Shown here one piece after another: positions 1 through 9,175 of a stretch of 64,000 nt of DNA. Where the stretch lies: the IMG/VR virus record IMGVR_UViG_3300005329_000001. One strand, given 5' to 3'. The position numbers and the translations under genes were made by a program. A model generated the notes under the pieces. It was not told the DNA's origin and did no database searches. It worked only from the letters and a program-made list of their open reading frames with translations. The stretch comes from a virus (taxonomy: Duplodnaviria > Heunggongvirae > Uroviricota > Caudoviricetes). Within the stretch, counting starts at the first letter, position 1. Each line of letters starts with the position of its first letter.

Positions 1-43
1 ACCGCGGGCGCGCCCCAGGTCAGAACCTGACAGGAGCAAGAGA

Positions 44-1597
44 ATGAGCGTTCTGCCACTCCAGGACATGATCGCGGGCGCCATCAAGACGGCGAGCGCC
101 AAGATCGCCTCCGAGGCCCACAAGGAGCCCGAGAAGGTCAAGAAGCTCCTGGCGTACGAGAAGAAGGAGCACGGGCACATCCCCTCCCCGCACGAGGAAG
201 AAGTCGAGTGCGAGTCGAAGGAGAAGATGGCCTACGCTGCTCTCATCTCTGACGACCACGTCGAGAAGCTGGCGTCGGCAGTCGACTTCCTCGCGACCCA
301 CCTCGGCGACATTGCCGCTCCGGGCCCGATCGCTCAGGCGCTGGCCAAGACCGCTATGAAGCCGGGTGCAGGCGGTGGTACCGCCGGCGGCAAGTCGGTG
401 CCGAATCCGGCTTCGGCTGCTGGAGCTCTCGAGACCACGCAAGCGATCGGCGGCTCGCAGAAGTACACCAAGAACAAGGCGAAGGGCGAGCAGGCCGAGG
501 ACGAGCACAACAAGGGGCTCGAGCGGAACGAAGGCAATCCGCACGGCGCCAAGACGCACCTCGAGACCAACTACCATGAGGCGCCAGGCAACAACCACGG
601 TTCGGTTCCGCACCACGAGTACCCCGCCAAGGGTCCTCTGGTGGCCGGTCCGTCGGGCGCTCACAACAAGGGCACCAACGCCGCGTCCCTGAAGACCGCC
701 AGCTTCGCTGGCAAGGCGACGGAGTTCGTCGCTCACCATGCGGCACAGCATCCTCGTGCGACCGCGGCGGCTGGTGGAGCTCTGCTCGGCGCCATCCCTG
801 GTGCAGTCGGCGGCGCCGCGGCCGGTGGCGAAGGTCACCGCGCCTCGGGCGCTCTGAAGGGTGGCCTCGCCGGCGCCGCCATGGGCGGTGCAATGGGCGG
901 TGGTGCCATGCACAAGCACCTGGGCAACATGGCGAAGGCCGCTTCAGCGCAGGAAATCGCGCGTCAGCACATCCTCATGAAGCTCGCCGGCGAGGACGTG
1001 ATGAAGGCAAACATCGATGGCGGCGGCACGACATCGCCTCTGGCTGGCAAGGGCCAGCTCAAGACGATGAAGGCCGGCGAGGAGTCGCCCACGCAGGGCG
1101 GCACGGCGGCCAACAGCCAGGACGGGAACTCGGGCACCAAGCTCGTGGACTCGAACAAGGCGGCCATCGACTACACGAAGCGTGATGCCAAGAAGCTGGT
1201 GGTCAATCCTCTCAAGGAGGTCCTCGACCAGCCGGCATTCTCGGAGAAGCACGACAACAAGCTCCAAGAGAACCTGCGGAATACTGGCAAGGCCGGTGTG
1301 AAGATCGCGGGTGCCGCAGTGCAGTCTCAGCTCCAGAAGATCGCGAGCGGTGGCTGCACCTGCAACTCGAAGGGCGAATGCCAGTTCTGCACCATGAAGG
1401 CGAAGTTGGCCAACATGGGCGGGATGGGCGGCACGGGTGGCGGCATGAACCCGATGGCTGGAGCAGGGGAAGGCCACGACGGCTGCACCTGCGGCCACAC
1501 GGGTGAATGCCGAGTGTGCAAGCTCGGCGCAGCTATTAGCGACGCCAAGGGCAAGCACCCGGGTGAGGTCAAGGAAGGCAACGCAGGCTGCTACTGA
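44..1597 (+). CDS. Gly/Ala/Lys-rich low-complexity protein with two C-terminal CTCx4GECx2C clusters; putative virion internal/structural protein
   Basis: 517-aa ORF; SD caggag 8 nt upstream of ATG; first gene of + strand structural operon; no enzymatic motif. Confidence 0.5.
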   Translation: MSVLPLQDMIAGAIKTASAKIASEAHKEPEKVKKLLAYEKKEHGHIPSPHEEEVECESKEKMAYAALISDDHVEKLASAVDFLATHLGDIAAPGPIAQALAKTAMKPGAGGGTAGGKSVPNPASAAGALETTQAIGGSQKYTKNKAKGEQAEDEHNKGLERNEGNPHGAKTHLETNYHEAPGNNHGSVPHHEYPAKGPLVAGPSGAHNKGTNAASLKTASFAGKATEFVAHHAAQHPRATAAAGGALLGAIPGAVGGAAAGGEGHRASGALKGGLAGAAMGGAMGGGAMHKHLGNMAKAASAQEIARQHILMKLAGEDVMKANIDGGGTTSPLAGKGQLKTMKAGEESPTQGGTAANSQDGNSGTKLVDSNKAAIDYTKRDAKKLVVNPLKEVLDQPAFSEKHDNKLQENLRNTGKAGVKIAGAAVQSQLQKIASGGCTCNSKGECQFCTMKAKLANMGGMGGTGGGMNPMAGAGEGHDGCTCGHTGECRVCKLGAAISDAKGKHPGEVKEGNAGCY

Positions 1598-1619
1598 GAC
1601 GACGGATCAGGAGACGACC

Positions 1620-1994
1620 ATGAGCATGCAGAAGATTTCCAGCGAGCAGGCGGCCCAGATCCTGGGGCAGGTCGGTCCGACCCTCCGCGCTCAGCAGCAG
1701 AAGATCCAGTCCCAAGAGGCGACGATCGGAGAGCAGCAGGAGAAGCTGGCTTTCTATCAGCGCCGCGAAAGGGCGGAGAAGATCGCCATGCGTCTGGAGG
1801 CCAAGGGGCTCGACCCCGAGACCAACTTCCAGCAGAAGGTGGATGGTCTGATGGACCCCGCCCAAGACCTCGACGTCATCGAGAAGGCCGTCGACATGTC
1901 CGCACCGCAGATCAAGCTGGCTTCGCTCTCCGACAACCCGGGGAATCCCTCGGACGCGAAGAGCGCCCTCGAGGCAGCGATCCTCGGCGACTAA
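1620..1994 (+). CDS. putative scaffolding-like protein (Gln/Glu-rich, coiled-coil)
   Basis: internal ATG (MSMQK) of ORF 1503..1994 with SD ggagacgacc; located two genes upstream of capsid gene, as lambda Nu3 is. Confidence 0.4.
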   Translation: MSMQKISSEQAAQILGQVGPTLRAQQQKIQSQEATIGEQQEKLAFYQRRERAEKIAMRLEAKGLDPETNFQQKVDGLMDPAQDLDVIEKAVDMSAPQIKLASLSDNPGNPSDAKSALEAAILGD

Positions 1995-2021
1995 CCCGAT
2001 CGACACGCAAGGAGAACGAAG

Positions 2022-2498
2022 ATGAGCCTGGCTCCAAACCTGACCCTGATCTCCGAGGTTCTTCCGGTCCAGCGCCGCGACTTCACGCTGACGGACCCGA
2101 CGATCCTCAACCCGAACGCCACCAATCCGCTCGTCGATGGCGAGTGGCTCGAGATGGATACCACGACGTACACCGTCAAGCGCGGCACCGGTGAGGCGGC
2201 TTCGGCCTCCTGGCAGGTGTTCTCGCTCCGCGGCCAGTACGACACGCAGGCCATCAGCAAGTCGACCTTGCTGTGGGCCGGTGCCTACGAAGCGGACACG
2301 ACGATCGTCAACACGGCGGGTCTCGCGGTGGGCAACTTCCTGGTGGTCGCCGACTGCACCATCGGCGGTCTGACGAAGCGCGGCGTCATCAAGGCCGCCG
2401 GCACCGGTCAGCACATGGTGGTCGGCATCGTCACGCGCCTGACGGCGACCGGAAAGATCCGGTTCCTCCACCAGGGCTTCTTCCAGATCACCATCTGA
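2022..2498 (+). CDS. putative head decoration / minor capsid protein
   Basis: 158-aa ORF with SD aggagaacgaag; located between scaffold-like and capsid genes (lambda D position). Confidence 0.35.
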   Translation: MSLAPNLTLISEVLPVQRRDFTLTDPTILNPNATNPLVDGEWLEMDTTTYTVKRGTGEAASASWQVFSLRGQYDTQAISKSTLLWAGAYEADTTIVNTAGLAVGNFLVVADCTIGGLTKRGVIKAAGTGQHMVVGIVTRLTATGKIRFLHQGFFQITI

Positions 2499-2543
2499 AC
2501 TGGGACGCGAAAGCGAACCCGTAGAACGGAAGGGAGAGATAGC

Positions 2544-3662
2544 ATGAGCGTTCCAGCGCAGGTTCTGAATGAGATGTTCAGCGGTAAGCTGAACTCGTCG
2601 GAGGGCAAGGAGAAGATCGCCGAAGTCGGGTCGGTCTACATCCGTGACCGTCTCCGTGAAGTGTGCTTCGTGGACAAGATCCAGCCGCCGGAGCCGGTGA
2701 CTCGCACCGACTGCCAGCGCTCGGTCAACCACGACACCCTGGTGAAGATCGTCGACATCGAGCCGCAGTCTCGCGCGCTGTCGATCACCTTCCGCGGCCA
2801 GCCGACCGCGCGCTTCATCCGCGCGCCTCGTGCCGAGGTCCCCTTCTTCACGATCTCCTCGGAGAAGTTCGAGAAGACCGAGCAGGAGCTCCTCGCCTAC
2901 GAGATGCCGATCACCAAGATCATCGAGGACAACTCGGTGAAGGACCTCCAGGAGGTCAAGGATCGGACGTGGCTGCTGTTCGTCGAGGCCGGCATCCAGG
3001 CGATGCAGACCGACGGCAACGGCGGCGTGCAGCCGATGAACGTCACCAGTGTGGTGGCGGGCACGACGAAGCAGATCCGCGTCGTGAAGGGCCAGGGCGC
3101 CATCGCGGCGGGTGCGAACGACTTCATCATCCACCCGATCCTCCGCCCGGACCTGGTGAACCTGTTCAAGCTGATCGACGGCAACCGCCTGCGTGCGGAG
3201 CGGCTCCTGATGACGGAGCCCGACTACGACGACATCCTGTCGTGGACGCTGCAGGACTTCGGCGACAAGATGCAGTCGGAGACCGCGGTCGACGGCTACA
3301 AGTACAACACCCTGCTGGGTCGCAAGCTGATCCGCACGGTGAAGACCGACATCCTCCGCGTCGGTAACGTGTACTGCTTCACGGCGCCGGAGTTCCTCGG
3401 CAAGAACTACGTGCTCAACAACACGAAGTTCTACATCGACAAGATCGCGAACATGATCACCTGGCAGTCCTGGATGGACGTCGCCGTGGCGGTCATCAAC
3501 ATCGCGTCGATGGCCAAGCTCGAGCTGTACGGCGGGTCGGTGACCCCGACCTCCACCGACACGGGCTTCGCGGCCCTGCTGCCGGTCGACGAGGACCAGC
3601 TCGGTGCGGTCAACAACAAGGTGGACTCCGGTCTGAAGTTCCCGAACGTCTCGCAGTTCTAA
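2544..3662 (+). CDS. putative major capsid protein
   Basis: 372-aa ORF, SD gggagag; followed directly by a strong intrinsic terminator; size and context typical of HK97-fold MCP. Confidence 0.5.
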   Translation: MSVPAQVLNEMFSGKLNSSEGKEKIAEVGSVYIRDRLREVCFVDKIQPPEPVTRTDCQRSVNHDTLVKIVDIEPQSRALSITFRGQPTARFIRAPRAEVPFFTISSEKFEKTEQELLAYEMPITKIIEDNSVKDLQEVKDRTWLLFVEAGIQAMQTDGNGGVQPMNVTSVVAGTTKQIRVVKGQGAIAAGANDFIIHPILRPDLVNLFKLIDGNRLRAERLLMTEPDYDDILSWTLQDFGDKMQSETAVDGYKYNTLLGRKLIRTVKTDILRVGNVYCFTAPEFLGKNYVLNNTKFYIDKIANMITWQSWMDVAVAVINIASMAKLELYGGSVTPTSTDTGFAALLPVDEDQLGAVNNKVDSGLKFPNVSQF

Positions 3663-3696
3663 TCGAGACGGCGCGGGGCGCCGCGCAATCGTAGTT

Positions 3697-3746
3697 CAGC
3701 GCCCAGAGGAGGGAGGATCCCTTCAGCCTCTGGGCGCTTTTTTCTG
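3697..3746 (+). terminator. rho-independent terminator after capsid gene
   Basis: stem cagcgcccagagg...cctctgggcgc followed by TTTTTTCT. Confidence 0.7.
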
Positions 3747-3783
3747 CCACCTCCAATCGGAGGTAGGAAGCGAGAGGTTGGAG

Positions 3784-4554
3784 ATGTCGTACAAGCTGAA
3801 GAACACGGCACTCGACCACGACAAGCGCTTCCTTCACCGCAAGGCTTCCAAGATGCAAATGGAGCCAGTCATTGGCGGCCGTCGTCTGCGCATTCGCCAG
3901 TCGATGGTCATCAGTGACGAGCTCTTCGAGCACAACAGGGCCAACCTCGAGCTGTGGAACAAGTGGGGTGTGGTCTCTTGGGAGAAGGTCGGTGGGGAAG
4001 GCGGTCGGAGGGTCCCGACGAAGGAAGAAGTCATGGCGGCTGGCTACTCGGAAGAGGCCGCCGAGTCGATCATCGAGCGGGAGAAGCGGCTTGCCGCCGA
4101 AGAGGCTGCTGCTCCCAAGGAGACTCTGTCCGAAGGCGGGCTCCTCTCGCCGCAGCCGGGCGAGTTCGATGTCTGGGTGGGCGAAGTGGGCACCAACCAG
4201 ATCGGCGTGGTGAAGGCTCTTCGTGAGAGCACTCAGCTCTCAATCAAGGAGGCAAGCGACCTTCTCGGCATGGCTCCTGTGATCGTGCTGGGAGGTGTCG
4301 ACGAAGCTGCGGCCACCAAGCTCGCCCAGTCCTTGGTCGATGCCGGAGCCAAGGCCAGCGTGCAGAAGAGCGGGACAGCGCCGCAGCCCTCGCTGATCCC
4401 CGAGACGCTCGTGCCCGAGAACTACACTCCGACGCCGGAATCGAAGCCGTCCGAGGATGCCTCGAGCCTCTTCTCAGAGCCGTCGCAAGCGGAGACGACT
4501 CGCGTCGAGACCAAGCCGCAGGCGCAGCCCAAGAACCCGAAGAGCAAGAAGTAA
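3784..4554 (+). CDS. ribosomal protein bL12 (L7/L12) C-terminal-domain fusion protein: unknown N-terminal domain, bL12 CTD, Pro/Ser-rich tail
   Basis: residues ~128-196 EFDVWVGEVGTNQIGVVKALRESTQLSIKEASDLLGMAPVIVLGGVDEAAATKLAQSLVDAGAKASVQK align along their length with E. coli L7/L12 CTD (EFDV...KEAKDLVESAP...GAEVEVK); ATG 3784 with SD gagaggttggag (track start 3778 is TTG). Confidence 0.8.
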   Translation: MSYKLKNTALDHDKRFLHRKASKMQMEPVIGGRRLRIRQSMVISDELFEHNRANLELWNKWGVVSWEKVGGEGGRRVPTKEEVMAAGYSEEAAESIIEREKRLAAEEAAAPKETLSEGGLLSPQPGEFDVWVGEVGTNQIGVVKALRESTQLSIKEASDLLGMAPVIVLGGVDEAAATKLAQSLVDAGAKASVQKSGTAPQPSLIPETLVPENYTPTPESKPSEDASSLFSEPSQAETTRVETKPQAQPKNPKSKK

Positions 4555-4566
4555 GGGAGGCTGAAC

Positions 4567-4989
4567 ATGGGCATGGTCGTCAGCATCACGAACATCACCG
4601 ACGCGCCGGAGTCCAAGCAGACTCCGACCCGTCTTGCCATCTACACCGCTCTCCTCGACCCCGGCGAGACCCTCACTCTCCCGGCATCGATGGTGGATGC
4701 GCGTCTTCGCAAGCTCGAGAAGGATGGGCTCGTCGTCATCGGCCAGCTCCCTTCGTGGTACGAGGCCTCGAAGATGCGGAAGGTTGGCCGCTCTCGGCTC
4801 ACGCAGGAAGAGCTCGAGCAGAGGCTCACCACCAAGCCGAAGGCGAAGGAAGAGCCCAAGGCCGAGGCAGCGCCCACCGAGGCTCCCAAGGAGGAGTCCG
4901 CCCCCGTCGACGTGTTCTCGATGGAGGTCACCAAGAAGAAGACCTACAAGCTCGACGAGCTGGACGTTCCGAAGACCGACAAGAAGTGA
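4567..4989 (+). CDS. hypothetical protein with Lys/Pro/Glu-rich C-terminus
   Basis: 140-aa ORF, SD gggagg 6 nt upstream. Confidence 0.5.
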   Translation: MGMVVSITNITDAPESKQTPTRLAIYTALLDPGETLTLPASMVDARLRKLEKDGLVVIGQLPSWYEASKMRKVGRSRLTQEELEQRLTTKPKAKEEPKAEAAPTEAPKEESAPVDVFSMEVTKKKTYKLDELDVPKTDKK

Positions 4990-4997
4990 GGTAGTCC

Positions 4998-5513
4998 ATG
5001 CCGTTCTTCGACGACGTGGACGGGGATATTGTTGGCAACAATGTCCCCAGTATCCCCGTTCCACTCCAACAACTCATCAACACGGTACGCCTGTACCTTC
5101 GGGACTACCCGGAGCTCAACAGGCTCATTCGTGGCCAAGAGCATTCGGACCGGATGATCATGTGGGCCGTCGCCGATGCAATCGACGATTGGAACTCTAC
5201 GCCTCCGCTCATCCCTCGAGTTGATCTGCAAAACTTCCCTTCGAAGAGCCTTCTTCTTCGGGGCATCGTCATTTCTCTTCTCGAGTCGATCGGTCTCCTG
5301 ATGACGAGAAACCACCTCACCTTCTCGGATGGTGGTATTCAGGTGGGGGTGAGCGACAAAACGCCGCTCATCCAATCCTGGCTGCAGCTCATCGGGAACC
5401 GGTACGAGGAGAAGAAGCAGAAGCTCAAGATCGCGATCAACATCGAGCTCGGTTGGGGTCAGGGCATGCACTCGGAATATCTCTGGACCAACGGCTTCTA
5501 CGGGGGCTGGTAG
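4998..5513 (+). CDS. hypothetical protein
   Basis: 171-aa ORF, SD tgaggtag. Confidence 0.5.
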   Translation: MPFFDDVDGDIVGNNVPSIPVPLQQLINTVRLYLRDYPELNRLIRGQEHSDRMIMWAVADAIDDWNSTPPLIPRVDLQNFPSKSLLLRGIVISLLESIGLLMTRNHLTFSDGGIQVGVSDKTPLIQSWLQLIGNRYEEKKQKLKIAINIELGWGQGMHSEYLWTNGFYGGW

Positions 5514-5555
5514 ACTCGGGTTCCCACTTAGTGGGACCGAGAGGAGAATCACAGC

Positions 5556-5693
5556 ATGGCCTTCATCACCGGCGCAAAGTGCCAGATCTTCATCGATCCG
5601 AACGCACTGACCAAGTTCCTGACCACCAATGTCACGACGGTCATTGCGATCGTTGCGACCAACAGTGGTCAGCTCATTCTCTTCTACACCTGA
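5556..5693 (+). CDS. small hypothetical protein (45 aa)
   Basis: ATG with SD gagaggagaa 8 nt upstream in the 5514-5703 gap; below ORF-track size cutoff. Confidence 0.3.
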   Translation: MAFITGAKCQIFIDPNALTKFLTTNVTTVIAIVATNSGQLILFYT

Positions 5694-5703
5694 GAGGTGA
5701 CTC

Positions 5704-6237
5704 GTGGCTTCAGATGACGACTTCCTCGATGGGATGAAGAACAAGGAGGACGAGGCGAAGGAGTGGGCCGATGCGGCTCGCTTCTTCATCGACGTTCGCC
5801 AGCCGAAGGAACATCAGCAGGAGCAGACGAAGGAAGCCATGGACCTTCGAGCTCTGGGCCACAGCGCGCTGGAAGCAGCTCGCCGGTTCGAGCCCACAGG
5901 AACCATCCGAGCCGTCACCGAGTCGAAGCCTGCTGCGATCGCAGGTCTCGCCGGCGCCGCGGCATTCGGGCTGGGAATGGGGCTGAGCTCTCGCGGCAAG
6001 AAGGAGCTGGGCGGGCAGAGCAAGCTCGAGCACTCTCTTCAGACCGCGAAACACGAAAGAGAAAGTCGGCCAGAGCCGAAGGGCTTCGCCGGGAAGATCA
6101 CCAACAATATCGCCGACTTCAATGCCAACCTCGCATCGACCGCGAGGAAGCATCCGGTTAAGGCTGGCCTGCTGGCTGGTGTCGGCGGTATCCATGCTGG
6201 CACCAAGCTGCTGCACACCCTGACGGGGAAGGGCTGA
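5704..6237 (+). CDS. hypothetical protein with Gly/Ala-rich C-terminal segment
   Basis: 177-aa ORF, GTG start just after SD gagaggtga. Confidence 0.5.
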   Translation: MASDDDFLDGMKNKEDEAKEWADAARFFIDVRQPKEHQQEQTKEAMDLRALGHSALEAARRFEPTGTIRAVTESKPAAIAGLAGAAAFGLGMGLSSRGKKELGGQSKLEHSLQTAKHERESRPEPKGFAGKITNNIADFNANLASTARKHPVKAGLLAGVGGIHAGTKLLHTLTGKG

Positions 6238-6238
6238 G

Positions 6239-7483
6239 ATGAACATCGTCACCGCTGCAGCACTGCTCGAGAAGAGCAAGCTCGAGGAGTTCGAGGACGC
6301 GATCGTCAAGACCGCGCAGGCCGAGATCCAGAACCACGCTGGCGAGCTCACCGAGTCGCTCAATAGCCTGTTGGATCAGAAGGACAGCACTCCTCGCCTC
6401 GATCGGCTGGTCCAGCAAACCAAGCTCGCAGCCCGGATGGGTCGCGACATGGCGAAGGAAGCAGGGATCGCCGGCACGATCATGGGCGCCGTGAAGCCTC
6501 TCGCCGGCAAGGCTCTGGGCTATGCGGCGATGCGTCCTCAGCGTGCAATGGCCGCCGGTGGTGCTGCACTCGGAGCTCTAGGTGGCGCAGCCACTGCTCA
6601 GCCTGGCCACCGGATGTCCGGGGCGCTTGGTGGAGCAGCTCTTGGTGGCGCTGCTGGCTACGGCCTCTCTCGCATCCCGAATGGACCGACGCTGCAGAAG
6701 GGCGTGGCCGACTACGCCGCCCGTGGCTACCAGGCTCTGGGCTCGCCGAAGCTCGCATTCGCTCCCATGGGTAAGGCAATGGGAGCCGGAGCTCTTCTTG
6801 GTGCAGTTGGAGGGGCGCTTCATAAGTCGCCCGGAGAGGCGCAGGGTCTCGCCGCAGGCCACCATCTTCGCAATGCTCTCGTTGGTGCAGCCGGTGGTGC
6901 GGCTCTCGGAGCAGGTGCTACGAAGATGCCGACGATGATGGGCAAGGCGGAGGGTGCGATCGCGCACGCTCCCCGCGGGCCGATGCAGTCCTTCCACAAC
7001 CCGCACGCCATGCCGGCTGCCGCTCCCTACTCGGCAACCGAGATGCAGCAGATGAGCCGGGTCAAAGCGATGGCCAATTCGCCCGAGGCAGAAGCAGCGA
7101 GGAAGGCCCGCGCCATGGATGCCATGCGCCAGAATATGCAGGCCAACCCGACGATGTATGGCCGCTCAGTGGCGAAGCCGACAACCCCGCCGGGTGCGAC
7201 GATGGCGGCGAGACGGCCCGCTGCTTCGGTCGATCCGACTGGTGCCACGCTGGCGAAGATGGCGCAGCGTGGGGGACGCGAGTTCCTCAAGCTGGCCTTT
7301 TCGATGAGTGCTCAGGCTGAGCCGGGCGATCCCACCGGAGCTCAAGAGCCGGAAGCGGAGGCGCAGTTCCAGGCGGAACCGCAGCGCCCGCCTTCGAAGC
7401 CTGCTGCCGACCTCTTTCAGGCTCTTCGTCACCTCACGCCCAAGATGATGAGGAACCTCCAGGTCGCCCAGCCAGGCTCGTAA
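6239..7483 (+). CDS. Gly/Ala/Met-rich low-complexity protein (glycine-zipper-like repeats); putative internal virion protein
   Basis: 414-aa ORF tightly coupled to upstream gene; composition paralogous to ORF 44..1597. Confidence 0.5.
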   Translation: MNIVTAAALLEKSKLEEFEDAIVKTAQAEIQNHAGELTESLNSLLDQKDSTPRLDRLVQQTKLAARMGRDMAKEAGIAGTIMGAVKPLAGKALGYAAMRPQRAMAAGGAALGALGGAATAQPGHRMSGALGGAALGGAAGYGLSRIPNGPTLQKGVADYAARGYQALGSPKLAFAPMGKAMGAGALLGAVGGALHKSPGEAQGLAAGHHLRNALVGAAGGAALGAGATKMPTMMGKAEGAIAHAPRGPMQSFHNPHAMPAAAPYSATEMQQMSRVKAMANSPEAEAARKARAMDAMRQNMQANPTMYGRSVAKPTTPPGATMAARRPAASVDPTGATLAKMAQRGGREFLKLAFSMSAQAEPGDPTGAQEPEAEAQFQAEPQRPPSKPAADLFQALRHLTPKMMRNLQVAQPGS

Positions 7484-7492
7484 GGAGGATCC

Positions 7493-8401
7493 GTGAATCT
7501 CCAGATCCTCGAGTTCCGCGCGCAGTCATTCGATCTCGATCACGTCGACCTGTTCTGGAAGACAACAGACTTCTGGACGGGTCAGCCGACAGACGAGAAC
7601 ATCCTCGCGTACACCTTTCAGGTGCTGCGGTCGGAATCGCCTGCGGGTCCATGGGATCCCCTGACGAAGCCTTTTCAAGACCAGTACTACTTCCGAGATG
7701 TCTCTCCAGCCATCCTTCACAAATGGCGAGAGCTCTACTACCTCCTACGCGTCACTGATCAGCGCACTGGGGAAGTGAAGGACTTCGGCCCGACAGGGCA
7801 GATTGCCGAACCTGATCTCATTGCGCTCGAGATCATGCGGCAAGAGGATGTCCTGTTTCGCGAGTACGCCGGCAGGAAGTGCTGGTACTTCCCGATCAAG
7901 ACGTTCGGTCCCAAGTGCATCTGCTACGACCGAGTGAAAGGCAAGAGGACCAAGAGCAACTGCGTCACGTGCTACGACACAGGCTACCTGGGCGGCTACC
8001 TCTCACCGATCGAGTGCTACGTGCAGATCGATCCCAGCTCGAACAACAACCAGGAGACTCCTCTCGGTAAGCAGCAAGCCAACAACACGACTGCCCGGCT
8101 CATCTCCTTCCCACCTATGATGCCCGACTCCATACTGGTCGAGGCTGAGAACAGGCGATGGAAGATAGTGACAGTGGCAATGACAGCACGGCTTCGAGCA
8201 GTCGTGCATCAGGAGCTGACGATCCACGAAGTGCCTCGCGGCGACGTGGAATACAAGCTGCCCGTCAACTTCGCCGATCTGACGAATGTCCAGGCGTCGG
8301 CCGAGAGAAACTTTACCAACCCAACCCACGTGGACGATGACTCCCAGCGACTCGACTTCTTGGCTGTTTACGGGTACAACCCCCGAGGAACCGTCCGCTG
8401 A
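7493..8401 (+). CDS. putative structural protein with Cys4 zinc-ribbon (CICYD..CVTCYD)
   Basis: 302-aa ORF, SD aggaggatccGTG/ATG. Confidence 0.5.
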   Translation: MNLQILEFRAQSFDLDHVDLFWKTTDFWTGQPTDENILAYTFQVLRSESPAGPWDPLTKPFQDQYYFRDVSPAILHKWRELYYLLRVTDQRTGEVKDFGPTGQIAEPDLIALEIMRQEDVLFREYAGRKCWYFPIKTFGPKCICYDRVKGKRTKSNCVTCYDTGYLGGYLSPIECYVQIDPSSNNNQETPLGKQQANNTTARLISFPPMMPDSILVEAENRRWKIVTVAMTARLRAVVHQELTIHEVPRGDVEYKLPVNFADLTNVQASAERNFTNPTHVDDDSQRLDFLAVYGYNPRGTVR

Positions 8402-8864
8402 GAAGCACTGTCGCTACTGCGATCGGACACTTCTTCGCTCGGCATTCAGAGAAATAAGGCCCAAGACGGGCCGAGGCGCAGGTAAGGTCTATCGCTCTTC
8501 CTGCTGCCTGGAGTGCGAACCGAAGCGAACAAAGGCCGAACGGGAAGAGAAGAAGCGCAAAGATCCTGCTGGTCTCTATCGCCGTGAACTTGATCGCAAG
8601 TTGCGTTACATGTACAACATCTCGCTCGCCGATTACGAGCAGTTGTTCGCTGAGCAGCGAGGCCTTTGCATCGGATGTCTAGCCCCTCCAGAGGAAGGAG
8701 TCCGATTCGACGTCGACCATGATCATGCGACGGGAGAAGTCAGAGGACTCCTCTGCAACCGTTGCAACAACGTCTTGAGCAAGGCCAAAGACAATCCAGA
8801 GATACTTCGCCGTCTGGCTTCCTACCTCGATGAGCATCAGGCTAAGCTACGAGTGGTCGCATGA
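8337..8864 (+). CDS. recombination endonuclease VII family (Holliday-junction resolvase) with extra N-terminal zinc ribbon
   Basis: motif DVDHDHATGEVRGLLCNRCN matches Endo VII DHDHxTGxVRGLLCxxCN; upstream CxxC pair; alternative start ATG 8286; overlaps end of 7493..8401. Confidence 0.75.
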   Translation: MTPSDSTSWLFTGTTPEEPSAEKHCRYCDRTLLRSAFREIRPKTGRGAGKVYRSSCCLECEPKRTKAEREEKKRKDPAGLYRRELDRKLRYMYNISLADYEQLFAEQRGLCIGCLAPPEEGVRFDVDHDHATGEVRGLLCNRCNNVLSKAKDNPEILRRLASYLDEHQAKLRVVA

Positions 8865-9175
8865 ACAAGATCACTCAGCAGGCACTGTTCGATGAGCTGA
8901 CCAAGATCGCTGAGGACAAAGAGCGGTCTTGGAAGAAGGACGTCGCAAAGGGCGTTCTCGGCGTGGGCCTCGGAGCGGGTCTCGGAACCGGCGCAGCAAT
9001 GCTTGTTGAGAAAGCTCTTCCTCAAGTCTTCAAACAGCGCCATCCAAACGTGGCTCCAGCGATGAAGATCGTTCTTCCCATATTGGGCGCCTCGACGTCT
9101 TATGTAGAGCAGAGACTGCGGCGCCATATGAGCGAGACGTATAAGAAGGCGCCTGGGTATCACGAAGAAGAATAA
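8861..9175 (+). CDS. small membrane protein with glycine-zipper TM (GVLGVGLGAGLGTGAAM)
   Basis: 104-aa ORF, ATGA coupling to upstream gene. Confidence 0.5.
   Translation: MNKITQQALFDELTKIAEDKERSWKKDVAKGVLGVGLGAGLGTGAAMLVEKALPQVFKQRHPNVAPAMKIVLPILGASTSYVEQRLRRHMSETYKKAPGYHEEE

Noticed and set aside
1569-3134. 521-aa ORF on the minus strand antisense to scaffold/decoration/capsid genes, and similar long antisense ORFs (354..893, 11812..13470, 9199..10449, 14157..15056)
   Set aside because: Arg/Leu/Asp/Gly-rich composition typical of antisense frames in high-GC DNA; no SD; sense-strand ORFs show coherent gene-to-gene coupling
2663-3367. 234-aa ORF in an alternative plus frame inside the capsid gene
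   Set aside because: Arg/Pro/Gly-rich frame artifact; the capsid frame has strong SD and a terminator
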